DNA of 64,000 nucleotides from a virus: the IMG/VR virus record IMGVR_UViG_3300037087_000181, positions 21,257-85,256 of that record. One strand, written 5' to 3'. The position numbers were made by a program, and so were the translations under genes. Of the stretch, positions 1 to 9,027 are shown in pieces; position 1 is the first letter of the stretch, and the number at the start of each line of letters is the position of its first letter. The notes under the pieces were generated by a model. It had not been told where the DNA came from. It did not search any database and worked only from the letters and a program-made list of their open reading frames with translations.

Positions 1-1
1 A

Positions 2-33
2 TTTGGAAATCTCAATTATAAGTTATACTTTTG
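2..33 (+). promoter_or_regulatory. Bacteroidota sigma-A promoter (-33 TTTG, -7 TACTTTTG)
   Basis: TTTG at 2-5, 20-nt spacer, TAnnTTTG at 26-33. Confidence 0.75.
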
Positions 34-59
34 GTGTATTAAATTAAAAACAAGAAACC

Positions 60-173
60 ATGAATGCAATACCAATTTACACTCCAACATTCCTTTATTG
101 GAAATTTAAGCCACTTACTACATTTCTTATTGGTCTTGTACTCGGATTAGTCATTATGTATTTAATAAAATAA
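60..173 (+). CDS. small membrane peptide (37 aa)
   Basis: Hand-translated MNAIPIYTPTFLYWKFKPLTTFLIGLVLGLVIMYLIK*; directly after the promoter and abuts the next ORF. Confidence 0.55.
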   Translation: MNAIPIYTPTFLYWKFKPLTTFLIGLVLGLVIMYLIK

Positions 174-174
174 C

Positions 175-645
175 ATGGTCGAAAATCTTCAAACAATAAA
201 AGGAACGCTGTATTCAAAAGATACACGCAAGGTTGATAATAAAAAAGACCCAACGCAACCACCCTATGAATTTATGTCTATAAAAGTAGAATATAAACTC
301 GACTTTGGAGGAAAAGACAGAACCAATATTGCAGAGATGCAGTTAGACAGAGGGGTGGGCTTTGAGGAATTTAGTATTGGCGATAGTATCGGCGTTGATT
401 ATTATCTCTTTGGAAAAAAGATTTCAGATACTTGGTTTAAAACAGAAGCAAGGGTAGTTCACATAGGATTTACCGACAGAAATAGTACCTACGATAATCA
501 CAAGGGTAAGATAAAGGTTGATGCAATGAGCAATATAGATACCATTGCAGAACCACCTAAACATATTGAACAAAGAGAAAAGGTGTTTGTTAATCTTTCT
601 CCAAATGAATATGATGATGAAAACGGTGACCCATTGCCTTTTTAA
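175..645 (+). CDS. single-stranded DNA-binding protein (DUF3127-like OB fold)
   Basis: OB-like beta pattern; acidic C-terminal tail ending DDENGDPLPF, typical of SSBs. Confidence 0.7.
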   Translation: MVENLQTIKGTLYSKDTRKVDNKKDPTQPPYEFMSIKVEYKLDFGGKDRTNIAEMQLDRGVGFEEFSIGDSIGVDYYLFGKKISDTWFKTEARVVHIGFTDRNSTYDNHKGKIKVDAMSNIDTIAEPPKHIEQREKVFVNLSPNEYDDENGDPLPF

Positions 646-654
646 TTACATAAA

Positions 655-939
655 ATGAAAAAGAAAGTATTAACAACCGATGATCTTTATAATGGTTGGC
701 TTGTTAAATACCACGGCATAACAGTACAAGAACTTCTTGAAAAAGAACCGGAGTTATGCAAGACCTCCGAATGGTATAAGAAATATGCAGTTACTACCGA
801 ACAATATGACGAATGGTACAAATGGGCAATCAAAGAGATACAAAAGTTCTATCATTGTTCCAAGAAGACCGCAATAAGAAATTTTGCTTTTGATTATTTA
901 AATGTTTCACCGAGTATAAAAGATGAACCAGACAATTAA
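655..939 (+). CDS. hypothetical protein
   Basis: 94-aa ORF packed in the operon. Confidence 0.7.
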   Translation: MKKKVLTTDDLYNGWLVKYHGITVQELLEKEPELCKTSEWYKKYAVTTEQYDEWYKWAIKEIQKFYHCSKKTAIRNFAFDYLNVSPSIKDEPDN

Positions 940-1597
940 TGTGGGGATAGCAAGTTTACCCGAAAGAAGTGGAAGCCTGCAAAAGGTTTTAGACTCACTT
1001 ACCAATCAGGCAGACAATATTTATGTTATTTTAAACTATGGTTTGCAAGAAGCACCGCAGTGGATCAATGATTTTAAAAATGTGTATTGGACTATTAGCG
1101 GTAATGAGTTTGGAGCCAACGCAAAATTCACCATGTCTGACAAGGTAAAAGGGTATTTTTTTAGCTGTGATGATGATTTATTATATCCTAATAATTATGT
1201 ATCTCTTACAAAAAACATGATTGATTTTTATCATTGTATAATAACCTATCATGGAAAACGGTATGACGGGGAAAGGCCAATATCATCTTATAAAAGATCA
1301 TTTACTACCAATATACGATGCTTAAATTCATGGTATAAAAACACTGAAGTTCATGTTGGAGGTACTGGGTGCATGGGTTTTCATACAGACGACTACAAAC
1401 CATCCTATGATGTACAGGCACAAAAAAACATGGCAGATATATTTTTGGCACAGGACGCACACATGAAAGGAGTAAAGATAATGGCACTTGCACATGGCAG
1501 GGATTTTTTAAGGTATTTGCCGCCTAATGATAAAACAGTTTGGCAAACATCTTCGGATATAGTACAAACTGAAATACTAAATTCTTTTTTGAAATGA
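923..1597 (+). CDS. GT-A fold glycosyltransferase (GT2-like)
   Basis: N-terminal VGIASLPER; FSCDDDLLYP DxD motif; GGTG and NMAD motifs. Confidence 0.8.
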   Translation: MNQTINVGIASLPERSGSLQKVLDSLTNQADNIYVILNYGLQEAPQWINDFKNVYWTISGNEFGANAKFTMSDKVKGYFFSCDDDLLYPNNYVSLTKNMIDFYHCIITYHGKRYDGERPISSYKRSFTTNIRCLNSWYKNTEVHVGGTGCMGFHTDDYKPSYDVQAQKNMADIFLAQDAHMKGVKIMALAHGRDFLRYLPPNDKTVWQTSSDIVQTEILNSFLK

Positions 1598-2283
1598 AGT
1601 TTGGAATTTTAACAATAAGTTTTAAAAGAATTAAAATATTACGTCTTTTTTTAGCTTCCATAAAAAGATTAAGAAGCGATTGTGGTTATTTTCCCTGCGT
1701 GGTGGTTGGTGATGAAGAACACAAGCAACTCTGTGAGCAATACGAAGTCCATCATATCACACAAACCAATCATCCAGCCACGGCAAAGTTCAACACAGGA
1801 GTAGACTATCTTATGAGTATACAATGTAGATACATAATTGTTGCGGGATCAGATGATATTATTTCCACAACGCTACTAAAAAGGTGCATTACAGAAATGG
1901 AATTGGATTACGATCTTGTAGGAATTTCGTCTATATATTTCTATGCGGCTGATGGTCAACATAAAGGAAGTCTACGTCACCTAAAAACTAAAGATCAAAT
2001 TTTGGGCGTGTGTAGGTGTATCAATCGAAGGATCATTGAAAAGGTTGGTGGAGTACTTTGGAACAAAGAAAGTTCATGGGGCATGGACGGCATAGCACTA
2101 AGGAATATTCAACCCCATGTAAAGACATGGAAGATAGTTGAAGGGGATTGTTTTGATGTTAAGACCAAAGAAAATCTTAATAAGATAACTTTCTGGTTAA
2201 GCAAACTTCAAAGCCAAGAAAACCCAGAAAAGTTCTACTCAATACTTTCAAAGGAAGAAAAGCAAATACTAAATGAAATATAA
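1594..2283 (+). CDS. GT-A fold glycosyltransferase (GT2-like)
   Basis: KFNTG...IIVAGSDDII motif; GMD motif near C-terminus. Confidence 0.7.
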   Translation: MKFGILTISFKRIKILRLFLASIKRLRSDCGYFPCVVVGDEEHKQLCEQYEVHHITQTNHPATAKFNTGVDYLMSIQCRYIIVAGSDDIISTTLLKRCITEMELDYDLVGISSIYFYAADGQHKGSLRHLKTKDQILGVCRCINRRIIEKVGGVLWNKESSWGMDGIALRNIQPHVKTWKIVEGDCFDVKTKENLNKITFWLSKLQSQENPEKFYSILSKEEKQILNEI

Positions 2284-2843
2284 TGAGACAACAAATCTTA
2301 CTTGACATGGATGGTGTGCTTGTAGACTTCCTTTCGGGGGCATTAGAAGCACTTAATAGAGACTTTAACAAGCATATTACCATCGAACAATACGCTTCCG
2401 AGTTCGGACAGTGGGGAACTTATGATTACTATGGGATAACCGTAGAGCAATTCTGGAACTCTATTCACGAGACTCCTGATTTCTGGTATAACCTCAAGCC
2501 GATGCCGTGGTATAAGGAACTTTATGCCTTACTGTCGGAAATAGGAGAAGTAACCATACTTACGACCCCATCGCTCGATCCGTCTTGCGCAATGCAGAAA
2601 CTTCAATGGCTCGATAATTACATGAACATTAAGTCAGATGCAGTCTTTCTTGGTTCACGCAAATATCTCATGGCAGGCAATGGAATCCTTATAGACGACT
2701 ATCAGAAGAACGTAGAAAAATTTAAGTCATCAAGAGGCGATGCTATTCTTATTCCATCTAACTGGAACACCAACGGACTCACGTTTAAGAGAATTAAGAG
2801 TACAATTGATCCATTTTTTGCAGGAGTAATTTTACCAAGATAA
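2283..2843 (+). CDS. HAD-family 5'(3')-deoxyribonucleotidase (NT5C-like)
   Basis: LLDMDGVLVDF motif I; LIDD motif IV. Confidence 0.85.
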   Translation: MRQQILLDMDGVLVDFLSGALEALNRDFNKHITIEQYASEFGQWGTYDYYGITVEQFWNSIHETPDFWYNLKPMPWYKELYALLSEIGEVTILTTPSLDPSCAMQKLQWLDNYMNIKSDAVFLGSRKYLMAGNGILIDDYQKNVEKFKSSRGDAILIPSNWNTNGLTFKRIKSTIDPFFAGVILPR

Positions 2844-2845
2844 AA

Positions 2846-3178
2846 ATGTCAGAAAATAAAGGATTACGGTATAACACAGGTAAGCGGAAATGGTCTTTAG
2901 TCCATTTCAAGTCATTAGAGCCGATGATTGAAGTCATGGAGTTCGGTGCAAAGAAATATGCCGTTGATAATTGGAAACAGGGATTCGACAAGAAAGAGAT
3001 TCTTGAGTCCCTACAAAGGCATCTTGCAAAACTCTTTGACGGAGAAGATATAGATCAAGAAAGCGGATTGCATCATATTGGGCATATAATGTGCAATGCA
3101 ATGTTTTACAGTTTTTACATGAATAAGGAGAAGGAAAGTAATGACACCAAAAACCGAAATATACCAAGTTCGATTTAA
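2846..3178 (+). CDS. dATP/dGTP diphosphohydrolase domain protein (DUF5664)
   Basis: GK..WSLV...GAKKY..DNW..G...SLQRH...GEDID.ESGLHHIGH..CNAMF signature. Confidence 0.85.
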   Translation: MSENKGLRYNTGKRKWSLVHFKSLEPMIEVMEFGAKKYAVDNWKQGFDKKEILESLQRHLAKLFDGEDIDQESGLHHIGHIMCNAMFYSFYMNKEKESNDTKNRNIPSSI

Positions 3179-3413
3179 CAAGTACACCACGGGTAATGGA
3201 GACGTTGCATTTTCCTCCTATACCTTAGATAGTCCATATCTTGTTGGCATGGCAAAAATAAACCCCATAAAGATTGTATTAATCAAAGATAGGGTACACG
3301 TTACCTTTGAAGATGGAGGAAAACATGTATTCGGTTATGGGGCAGACACGGAATTACTCTATCGCCCGGTAGAGCAAAAGACAGAAGAAACTAAAACAGA
3401 CACAACAGAATAA
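3141..3413 (+). CDS. hypothetical protein
   Basis: 90-aa ORF in operon. Confidence 0.65.
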   Translation: MTPKTEIYQVRFNKYTTGNGDVAFSSYTLDSPYLVGMAKINPIKIVLIKDRVHVTFEDGGKHVFGYGADTELLYRPVEQKTEETKTDTTE

Positions 3414-3417
3414 ACTA

Positions 3418-4185
3418 ATGGCTGAACTACTCAAACAGACGGTAAGTAAAAGGGAACTGGACGAAGGAATCATACCTATCAACATGGTTCTTTGCGAGCA
3501 ATACTACAGCAATGAAGGACTCACCACAAAGTCAGGTATCATAATAGGAGTTAATAAAGAGCTGATTTATGCTGATCCCGATAATCTCGATGATGACTCT
3601 ACACATGCGGCTGATCTCGCAGAGGTGTCAATGATCGTTTACAAAACCCCGCAAAAGCTATACTTTAATACTGAAGATAGGGAAAAGAGTATGCCGTGGT
3701 TGACCGACATGGCATTAGAAAAAGGATGGGAAATATGGACAAATACCATTGACAGCCTTAACGCAGTTACGCTTGTGTGTGATGGCAAAACCTATAAACT
3801 TATTTCATATTCAGATATTTATTGTGCAAGATACCGTATAACACTTACTAAAATCATGTTTGCAATCAAAGTTAGAATGCTAAATGGCTACGTTCTTGTC
3901 ACCCTAAAAAACAAAGAATCTCTTTCCGGGTTTGACGTAATATCAGAAGAGTGCTTAGATAAAACGAAAGGTGTAATCTCGTATATTGGAAACCCAGTCA
4001 AAGAATATCTAAATCCTGATTATAGCCATATAGAAGACCTTCGTACAGGAGATACTGTATTATTCAACCCTAAGGCTGGAATTTGGGCTTTGGAAAGGCA
4101 AAAGTATGCCAGCCGTTTTGACGACAAACAAATTTACTACGTGGTACATAGAAAGGATATTAATGCAGTCCTTTCAAGAAAATGA
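3418..4185 (+). CDS. co-chaperonin GroES-like protein (two tandem GroES-like halves)
   Basis: TTKSGIII mobile-loop motif in the first half; RMLNGYVLV...KGVISYIG...GDTVLF...DINAV in the second. Confidence 0.6.
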   Translation: MAELLKQTVSKRELDEGIIPINMVLCEQYYSNEGLTTKSGIIIGVNKELIYADPDNLDDDSTHAADLAEVSMIVYKTPQKLYFNTEDREKSMPWLTDMALEKGWEIWTNTIDSLNAVTLVCDGKTYKLISYSDIYCARYRITLTKIMFAIKVRMLNGYVLVTLKNKESLSGFDVISEECLDKTKGVISYIGNPVKEYLNPDYSHIEDLRTGDTVLFNPKAGIWALERQKYASRFDDKQIYYVVHRKDINAVLSRK

Positions 4186-5189
4186 CCATCTCCGTCTGCA
4201 TACCCGTTCGCAATGAAGACCCCGAACTCTTAATTGAAGTTTTGTATAATTTTACACGTGATTATCCTTATGATGAACTTGAGATAGTCTTTTATAACGA
4301 TGGTAGCGTTAACACAGATGGGTCATTTGCGTCACTCCATAACATAAATTTTCCGCAAAGGATAAAAAACTACCTAAAAATTATAGAAAGCAAAGAACAG
4401 TACGGAGTGGGATATGGCATGGATCGTTGCGTAGAAGCGTCCAGAGGCACGATCGTTGTTTTAGCAGGCGCCGATACATTTCCGCAGAGATCGTGGTTCT
4501 ATGACGTTAAATTGCTTGTAAAAGACAATCAAATCGGTTGCTGTGCAAGTGTGGGGCTTAATTTAGGCAATTATGATATTGATGCACCCGATAGAACTAC
4601 AAGATATGGGGCAAAATTACTTTATAAAGTGACAGTAGACGATTTGCCCATAGAGTCTAAGTTAAGAAGTAATCTTGAATATAGGGATATACTTGAAGGC
4701 AAATGGGCATCAAAGAAATCAGACGAACCTTATGAGATAAGTTGTTTAATGGGGGCGTTTTATTTTATGAAGCGTGAGTTCTACGAAAAAACATACGGTT
4801 GGGACACTATCGAAGGGCAACGATTAATAGGCCACCAAGGCTGGGGAAAGTTGGAAAGTTATTTAAGTTTAAAGGCACGTGTCTACGGAGGAAAATGTAT
4901 AGTTTATCCTAATATCAGGGTAGGGCATGTGTTTGCCAAATTCAATGAGGACGAGCCGCCAAGAGCCATAAGAGACGATCTAAAATGGTTCAATGGACTA
5001 TTTATGGCACATACTATGCTCGAAGAATCTTTCAGAGACGAGTTAATAAACTTTCCCCACCATAGTCTTAATTTAAGCACAGCACAGGCTTACATAAGGC
5101 GCAATTGGAGCAAGGTACAGGAAGTCAGAGATCGAAATGAAAGAGAAGGTAAATTACTCTCTAGAAATGATGTGGAAAATAATGTGTAA
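4182..5189 (+). CDS. GT-A glycosyltransferase resembling polypeptide GalNAc-transferases
   Basis: ISVCIPVRNE, YNDGS and MGAFYFM motifs; GWGKLE..LSLK....GG......RVGHVF. Confidence 0.75.
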   Translation: MTISVCIPVRNEDPELLIEVLYNFTRDYPYDELEIVFYNDGSVNTDGSFASLHNINFPQRIKNYLKIIESKEQYGVGYGMDRCVEASRGTIVVLAGADTFPQRSWFYDVKLLVKDNQIGCCASVGLNLGNYDIDAPDRTTRYGAKLLYKVTVDDLPIESKLRSNLEYRDILEGKWASKKSDEPYEISCLMGAFYFMKREFYEKTYGWDTIEGQRLIGHQGWGKLESYLSLKARVYGGKCIVYPNIRVGHVFAKFNEDEPPRAIRDDLKWFNGLFMAHTMLEESFRDELINFPHHSLNLSTAQAYIRRNWSKVQEVRDRNEREGKLLSRNDVENNV

Positions 5190-5194
5190 TTTTG
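5187..5194 (+). promoter_or_regulatory. -7 promoter element TAATTTTG (no -33 box)
   Basis: TAnnTTTG about 40 nt upstream of ORF 5235. Confidence 0.55.
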
Positions 5195-5234
5195 TGGCGT
5201 TGTAAATATATTGTAAAATTAAATTTTCACGCCA

Positions 5235-5780
5235 ATGATTCTTTTTATTGCTAAAGTTTACTCTTGGAACGATTTCAGAAACGCCGGAATGAGAAAAACT
5301 GCATCTGATGGTGCATCAAGAGAGTTTTTGCTTAATCCGCATTTTATGACGGACATAACAACCAACGCCACCTATGGTTCAAATTTAAAGTACTCTGACA
5401 ATTTTCTTGACAGGAGAGAGGGTTTGAGTACGTTGATTATCGACAAGACTCCTGCACAAATTATCGTTTATGCTAACACGGCAGCTTATAGTAACACTAT
5501 TACACTGCCTGTTCATCCTCACAACAATCCTGATAAAGCTGGGGTTAATACCGTTATACAGTGGGCGAATATAGTCTACGCTAATAGATATAATCCTAAT
5601 CCGGGTGCTCATTGTTGGGTAGTTTATCTTGAAGGAGCATTTAAGAGAAAAGAAGTTCTTGTTAACCTTGCTATCGAAGACGTGATGAGCCGGGTAAGAG
5701 GGGGAGGAACAACATCAACATTCACTTCAGTTCATAATTTTTTCTCTCGTATCTACGAATTGACCAATAATATTATCTAA
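5235..5780 (+). CDS. hypothetical protein, paralog of 5784-6287 (possible virion protein)
   Basis: Shares FLLN/YLLN, TLP..P....K..VNT.I and V.VNL motifs with the next ORF. Confidence 0.75.
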   Translation: MILFIAKVYSWNDFRNAGMRKTASDGASREFLLNPHFMTDITTNATYGSNLKYSDNFLDRREGLSTLIIDKTPAQIIVYANTAAYSNTITLPVHPHNNPDKAGVNTVIQWANIVYANRYNPNPGAHCWVVYLEGAFKRKEVLVNLAIEDVMSRVRGGGTTSTFTSVHNFFSRIYELTNNII

Positions 5781-5783
5781 GCC

Positions 5784-6287
5784 ATGCCAGTAACCACTCA
5801 CTCATTTATTCCTTCGATGCTCTTTGCGGCAACTGTCACCAAATGGCAGACCGTCAAAGCAGATCACAATAGGAGGGTAAGGGATACCACAAGTGGTACT
5901 TCGTATCTTCTGAACACCAACAGGCTTACTGGAATCCGGGTAATGACCGATACAGCCTACTCAAGTCTCTATTACATTGAGAATCCTTTTGACAACAGGG
6001 AGCATAAAGAATATATGGAGTTACACATGACAGTAGCAGACATCAGTACTCAGATAAACACTACTCCAACTCATCTCGAAATGACATTACCGATCTATCC
6101 TAAGATGGATAGTACCAAAAGTACTGTAAACACCATAATCCCTATTCAAAACTTCGCATGGGCAGTAGCAGTTGCAGATAGTGGAAGCGCAGCCGATTCT
6201 ATTGTGTATTATATCGAAAGTGGATATAAACTTGTGCGGGCGAGAGTTAACTTAACTTTAACTGCTTTACTTGCACTTATAGCATAA
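5784..6287 (+). CDS. hypothetical protein, paralog of 5235-5780
   Basis: Same shared motifs; followed by a terminator. Confidence 0.75.
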   Translation: MPVTTHSFIPSMLFAATVTKWQTVKADHNRRVRDTTSGTSYLLNTNRLTGIRVMTDTAYSSLYYIENPFDNREHKEYMELHMTVADISTQINTTPTHLEMTLPIYPKMDSTKSTVNTIIPIQNFAWAVAVADSGSAADSIVYYIESGYKLVRARVNLTLTALLALIA

Positions 6288-6288
6288 T

Positions 6289-6310
6289 ACCATTACGAAA
6301 CCATTACGAA
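6289..6310 (+). repeat. 11-bp tandem direct repeat ACCATTACGAA x2
   Basis: Seen directly. Confidence 0.8.
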
Positions 6311-6322
6311 TTTTCAACATCT

Positions 6323-6351
6323 AGGCAGAGTTAAACGCTCTGCCTTTTTTT
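6323..6351 (+). terminator. Rho-independent terminator
   Basis: AGGCAGAG-7 nt-CTCTGCCT followed by a T run. Confidence 0.85.
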
Positions 6352-6354
6352 ATT

Positions 6355-6362
6355 TACCTTTG
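6355..6362 (+). promoter_or_regulatory. -7 promoter element TACCTTTG
   Basis: Immediately after the terminator; 20 nt before the TerL ATG (6383). Confidence 0.7.
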
Positions 6363-6382
6363 TGAAAACGAAACAGAAACGA

Positions 6383-8974
6383 ATGCCACGTAAAGCAAAA
6401 GAGGCAACATTAAGGGTTGTGCCTAAAGATAATAAACTTTCTTTTGAAACAGATTTTGAAGAAGAAGAGGCGATTCGCCTAAAGATCAGACCAGAAGATA
6501 TAGTAAAATACAAAGAAGAAAATAACGGCCTTCCTGATGAATATAATCCGTACTATGCAGGATATGTCATTGAAAAATCCAAGTTTATTAATGACGAAGA
6601 GCCAGACGATCAGTACGGAGATTGTCCGTACAAAAAATGGGAAGTAATTAATGAGAACGATCAAAGTCTTATTCCCATTTACTTTAGCTTACCAACCCCG
6701 CCCAAATACTTAACTAAAATAGATGGCTATAATCTCCTTAAAGATGAACAATATTTTCGAAGGATTGAAGTACCACGTAAATTTAAGTTAATTGAAGCCA
6801 AGGCACTCAAAGACCTCGCAGAGATAGAAAAAAAGAACAGACAGGATACCATACAGGGCTATAAGTTCTACATACGTTTTTGGGAACTCATTGAACAGGA
6901 ACAAGAAAATCTTACAGAAGAAATCGAGTGGTTAAAAAAGGCGTGGTGGTGGAGAACGTATGGTTACTGGGTTTACATTGACGGAGAACCAACCTTTATT
7001 CCTCCAGATTATTTTGATTTTCTTAATTTCTATTACATTGATGAGGCTATTACTTATCCAGAATATAGGGATGACGTAAGACGAAAATTTTGCTTTGCAA
7101 GGTATCTTGAATCATGCACGGAAACATTTGCAGACTTAGATGACACAGGACTTGCCAAAAAAAATAAGGATGGTAAATATGAAATGATTGACTTGGGTAG
7201 GCGTCTCTTCTTTGGGGACTGTGAACCCAAAACACGTAGAACAGGAGCTACACATGAGGCTGTGCATAAGATACTCATGGGTGCGATGACAAACCTTTCC
7301 TATTTTAGTACCATCATTTCTTTTGAGGGGAAAAACGCAGAGACACACTACAAAAAGAAATTACTCCCGGCTTTCGATGCTTATCCTATGGTGTTAAAGC
7401 CCATTTGGGAAGGGAATAGACGACCAACGATATTAAGGCTTGACGCACCTCCTAATGTCTACAGCATACGAGGATTAAAGAGTGCTATCGCCTACTCGGA
7501 TTCAGGAGGACTATTTGCTAATGAGGGAGACAGACTTAATGGGGTGTTGAATGACGAGCAGGGAAAGGGATTTAATTCAACAGCAGACATATTTGAGAGG
7601 TGGCATGTCAATAAGTTCACCATGTCAACTGGTATGGGTATCAATATTTTAAAAGGTGCGTATGTCAAGAACCCCAGTACGGTTGAGGATTTAGAAAGTG
7701 GCTCTGTACCATATTTTAAACTCTGCACCATGTCTAACTTCTATCATAGGATACCGATAAAAGGACAGACAACAGAAGGTTTTGCAAGAATATTTCTACC
7801 TGCATATTTGAGACTTGAGGGATATATTGACAGGTTTGGTAAGTCGGTTATAGAAACACCCACAGATAGGCAGATAAGACTATCTCCAATGTCTATTTTT
7901 GCAGTGAGTAAGAAAGGGGCAAAAGAAACAATGCAGGCGGAAAGAGATGCTTTATTAACTACCAACACACCGGAATCACTCGAACTTTATCGAAGTATCA
8001 GAAGAAAATCTCCTTTTGAATGGGCGGAGTGTTGGTTAGGAAGTTCTGGTAATGTTGGATATAATTTAGAGATAGTTGACACAAGGCTTAGTGAACTTAA
8101 CCGAATGAAATCACTTGGAAAGCCTCCTTATAAAACAGGGTTTTTTTATAGGGAAACAAGTGATCCCAATAGTAACGTACTCTTTGAACAATCCAATGAC
8201 ATACCCAAGTTCAAAATATCAATGGATTTACCCTCGCAGATGACTAATCAAAGAGAGGGTATCGAAATATGGGACGGGTTGAGTCAGAAGATGGTTATGT
8301 CATGGAGACCCCGTAATGGTCAGAGATTCACATGTGGTATAGACCCCTTTAGAAACCTTAATGCCAACCAGGCGAAAGCAAAAGCCAAGACAGGATTTTC
8401 CTTATCAAATTCTCGGCAGTCAAACGGGGGGATGGGCATACTTTGGGAGTATGATGATAATATAGACCGGGGAAAGGGGATAAGAGAATGGGACAGCTTT
8501 AAATGTATCTGTTCTTACTCCTATAGACCTGCAACACAAGAGGAATATTTTGAAGATGTCATCATGGCTTGCCAATATTATGGTGCTATGATGTATCCAG
8601 AAAAAAATGTAGAACAATTTATTGTCCATGTATATAAGAGGGGTTATGGGGGCTATTTTTTGTTTGATATGGGATTAGATGGTCGGTTAGCACCACTACC
8701 GGGACGATGGACAGACGCAGAGACATTACAAGATTTAGTGAGGGTTTATAAAGATTATATAGAAAATAGGGGACATAGAGAAAATCACGATGATCTCTTA
8801 CTTGAAATTAAGTCATTTAAGGGGGTGGAAGATTTCACAAGACTTGACTTAAAAACAGCATTTGGGTTTGCATTATTAGGCAGTAAGTCTCGATACCGAG
8901 AAATTCTATCCCATTCAGATAATTATGGAGCGATGGATTTAAGTGGTTGGGGATTGCTTGATGGAATATTCTAA
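6383..8974 (+). CDS. terL: terminase large subunit
   Basis: Walker A-like PKTRRTGAT; Walker B LNDEQGK; nuclease GIDPF; precedes portal; start moved to ATG 6383 because the GTG overlaps the promoter. Confidence 0.9.
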   Translation: MPRKAKEATLRVVPKDNKLSFETDFEEEEAIRLKIRPEDIVKYKEENNGLPDEYNPYYAGYVIEKSKFINDEEPDDQYGDCPYKKWEVINENDQSLIPIYFSLPTPPKYLTKIDGYNLLKDEQYFRRIEVPRKFKLIEAKALKDLAEIEKKNRQDTIQGYKFYIRFWELIEQEQENLTEEIEWLKKAWWWRTYGYWVYIDGEPTFIPPDYFDFLNFYYIDEAITYPEYRDDVRRKFCFARYLESCTETFADLDDTGLAKKNKDGKYEMIDLGRRLFFGDCEPKTRRTGATHEAVHKILMGAMTNLSYFSTIISFEGKNAETHYKKKLLPAFDAYPMVLKPIWEGNRRPTILRLDAPPNVYSIRGLKSAIAYSDSGGLFANEGDRLNGVLNDEQGKGFNSTADIFERWHVNKFTMSTGMGINILKGAYVKNPSTVEDLESGSVPYFKLCTMSNFYHRIPIKGQTTEGFARIFLPAYLRLEGYIDRFGKSVIETPTDRQIRLSPMSIFAVSKKGAKETMQAERDALLTTNTPESLELYRSIRRKSPFEWAECWLGSSGNVGYNLEIVDTRLSELNRMKSLGKPPYKTGFFYRETSDPNSNVLFEQSNDIPKFKISMDLPSQMTNQREGIEIWDGLSQKMVMSWRPRNGQRFTCGIDPFRNLNANQAKAKAKTGFSLSNSRQSNGGMGILWEYDDNIDRGKGIREWDSFKCICSYSYRPATQEEYFEDVIMACQYYGAMMYPEKNVEQFIVHVYKRGYGGYFLFDMGLDGRLAPLPGRWTDAETLQDLVRVYKDYIENRGHRENHDDLLLEIKSFKGVEDFTRLDLKTAFGFALLGSKSRYREILSHSDNYGAMDLSGWGLLDGIF

Positions 8975-8998
8975 AATAACCATTATTTTAAAACGTAG

Positions 8999-9006
8999 TA
9001 TCTTTG
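8999..9006 (+). promoter_or_regulatory. -7 promoter element TATCTTTG
   Basis: 21 nt before the portal ATG. Confidence 0.7.
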
Positions 9007-9027
9007 TGCTAAATCAATATAGCTACA

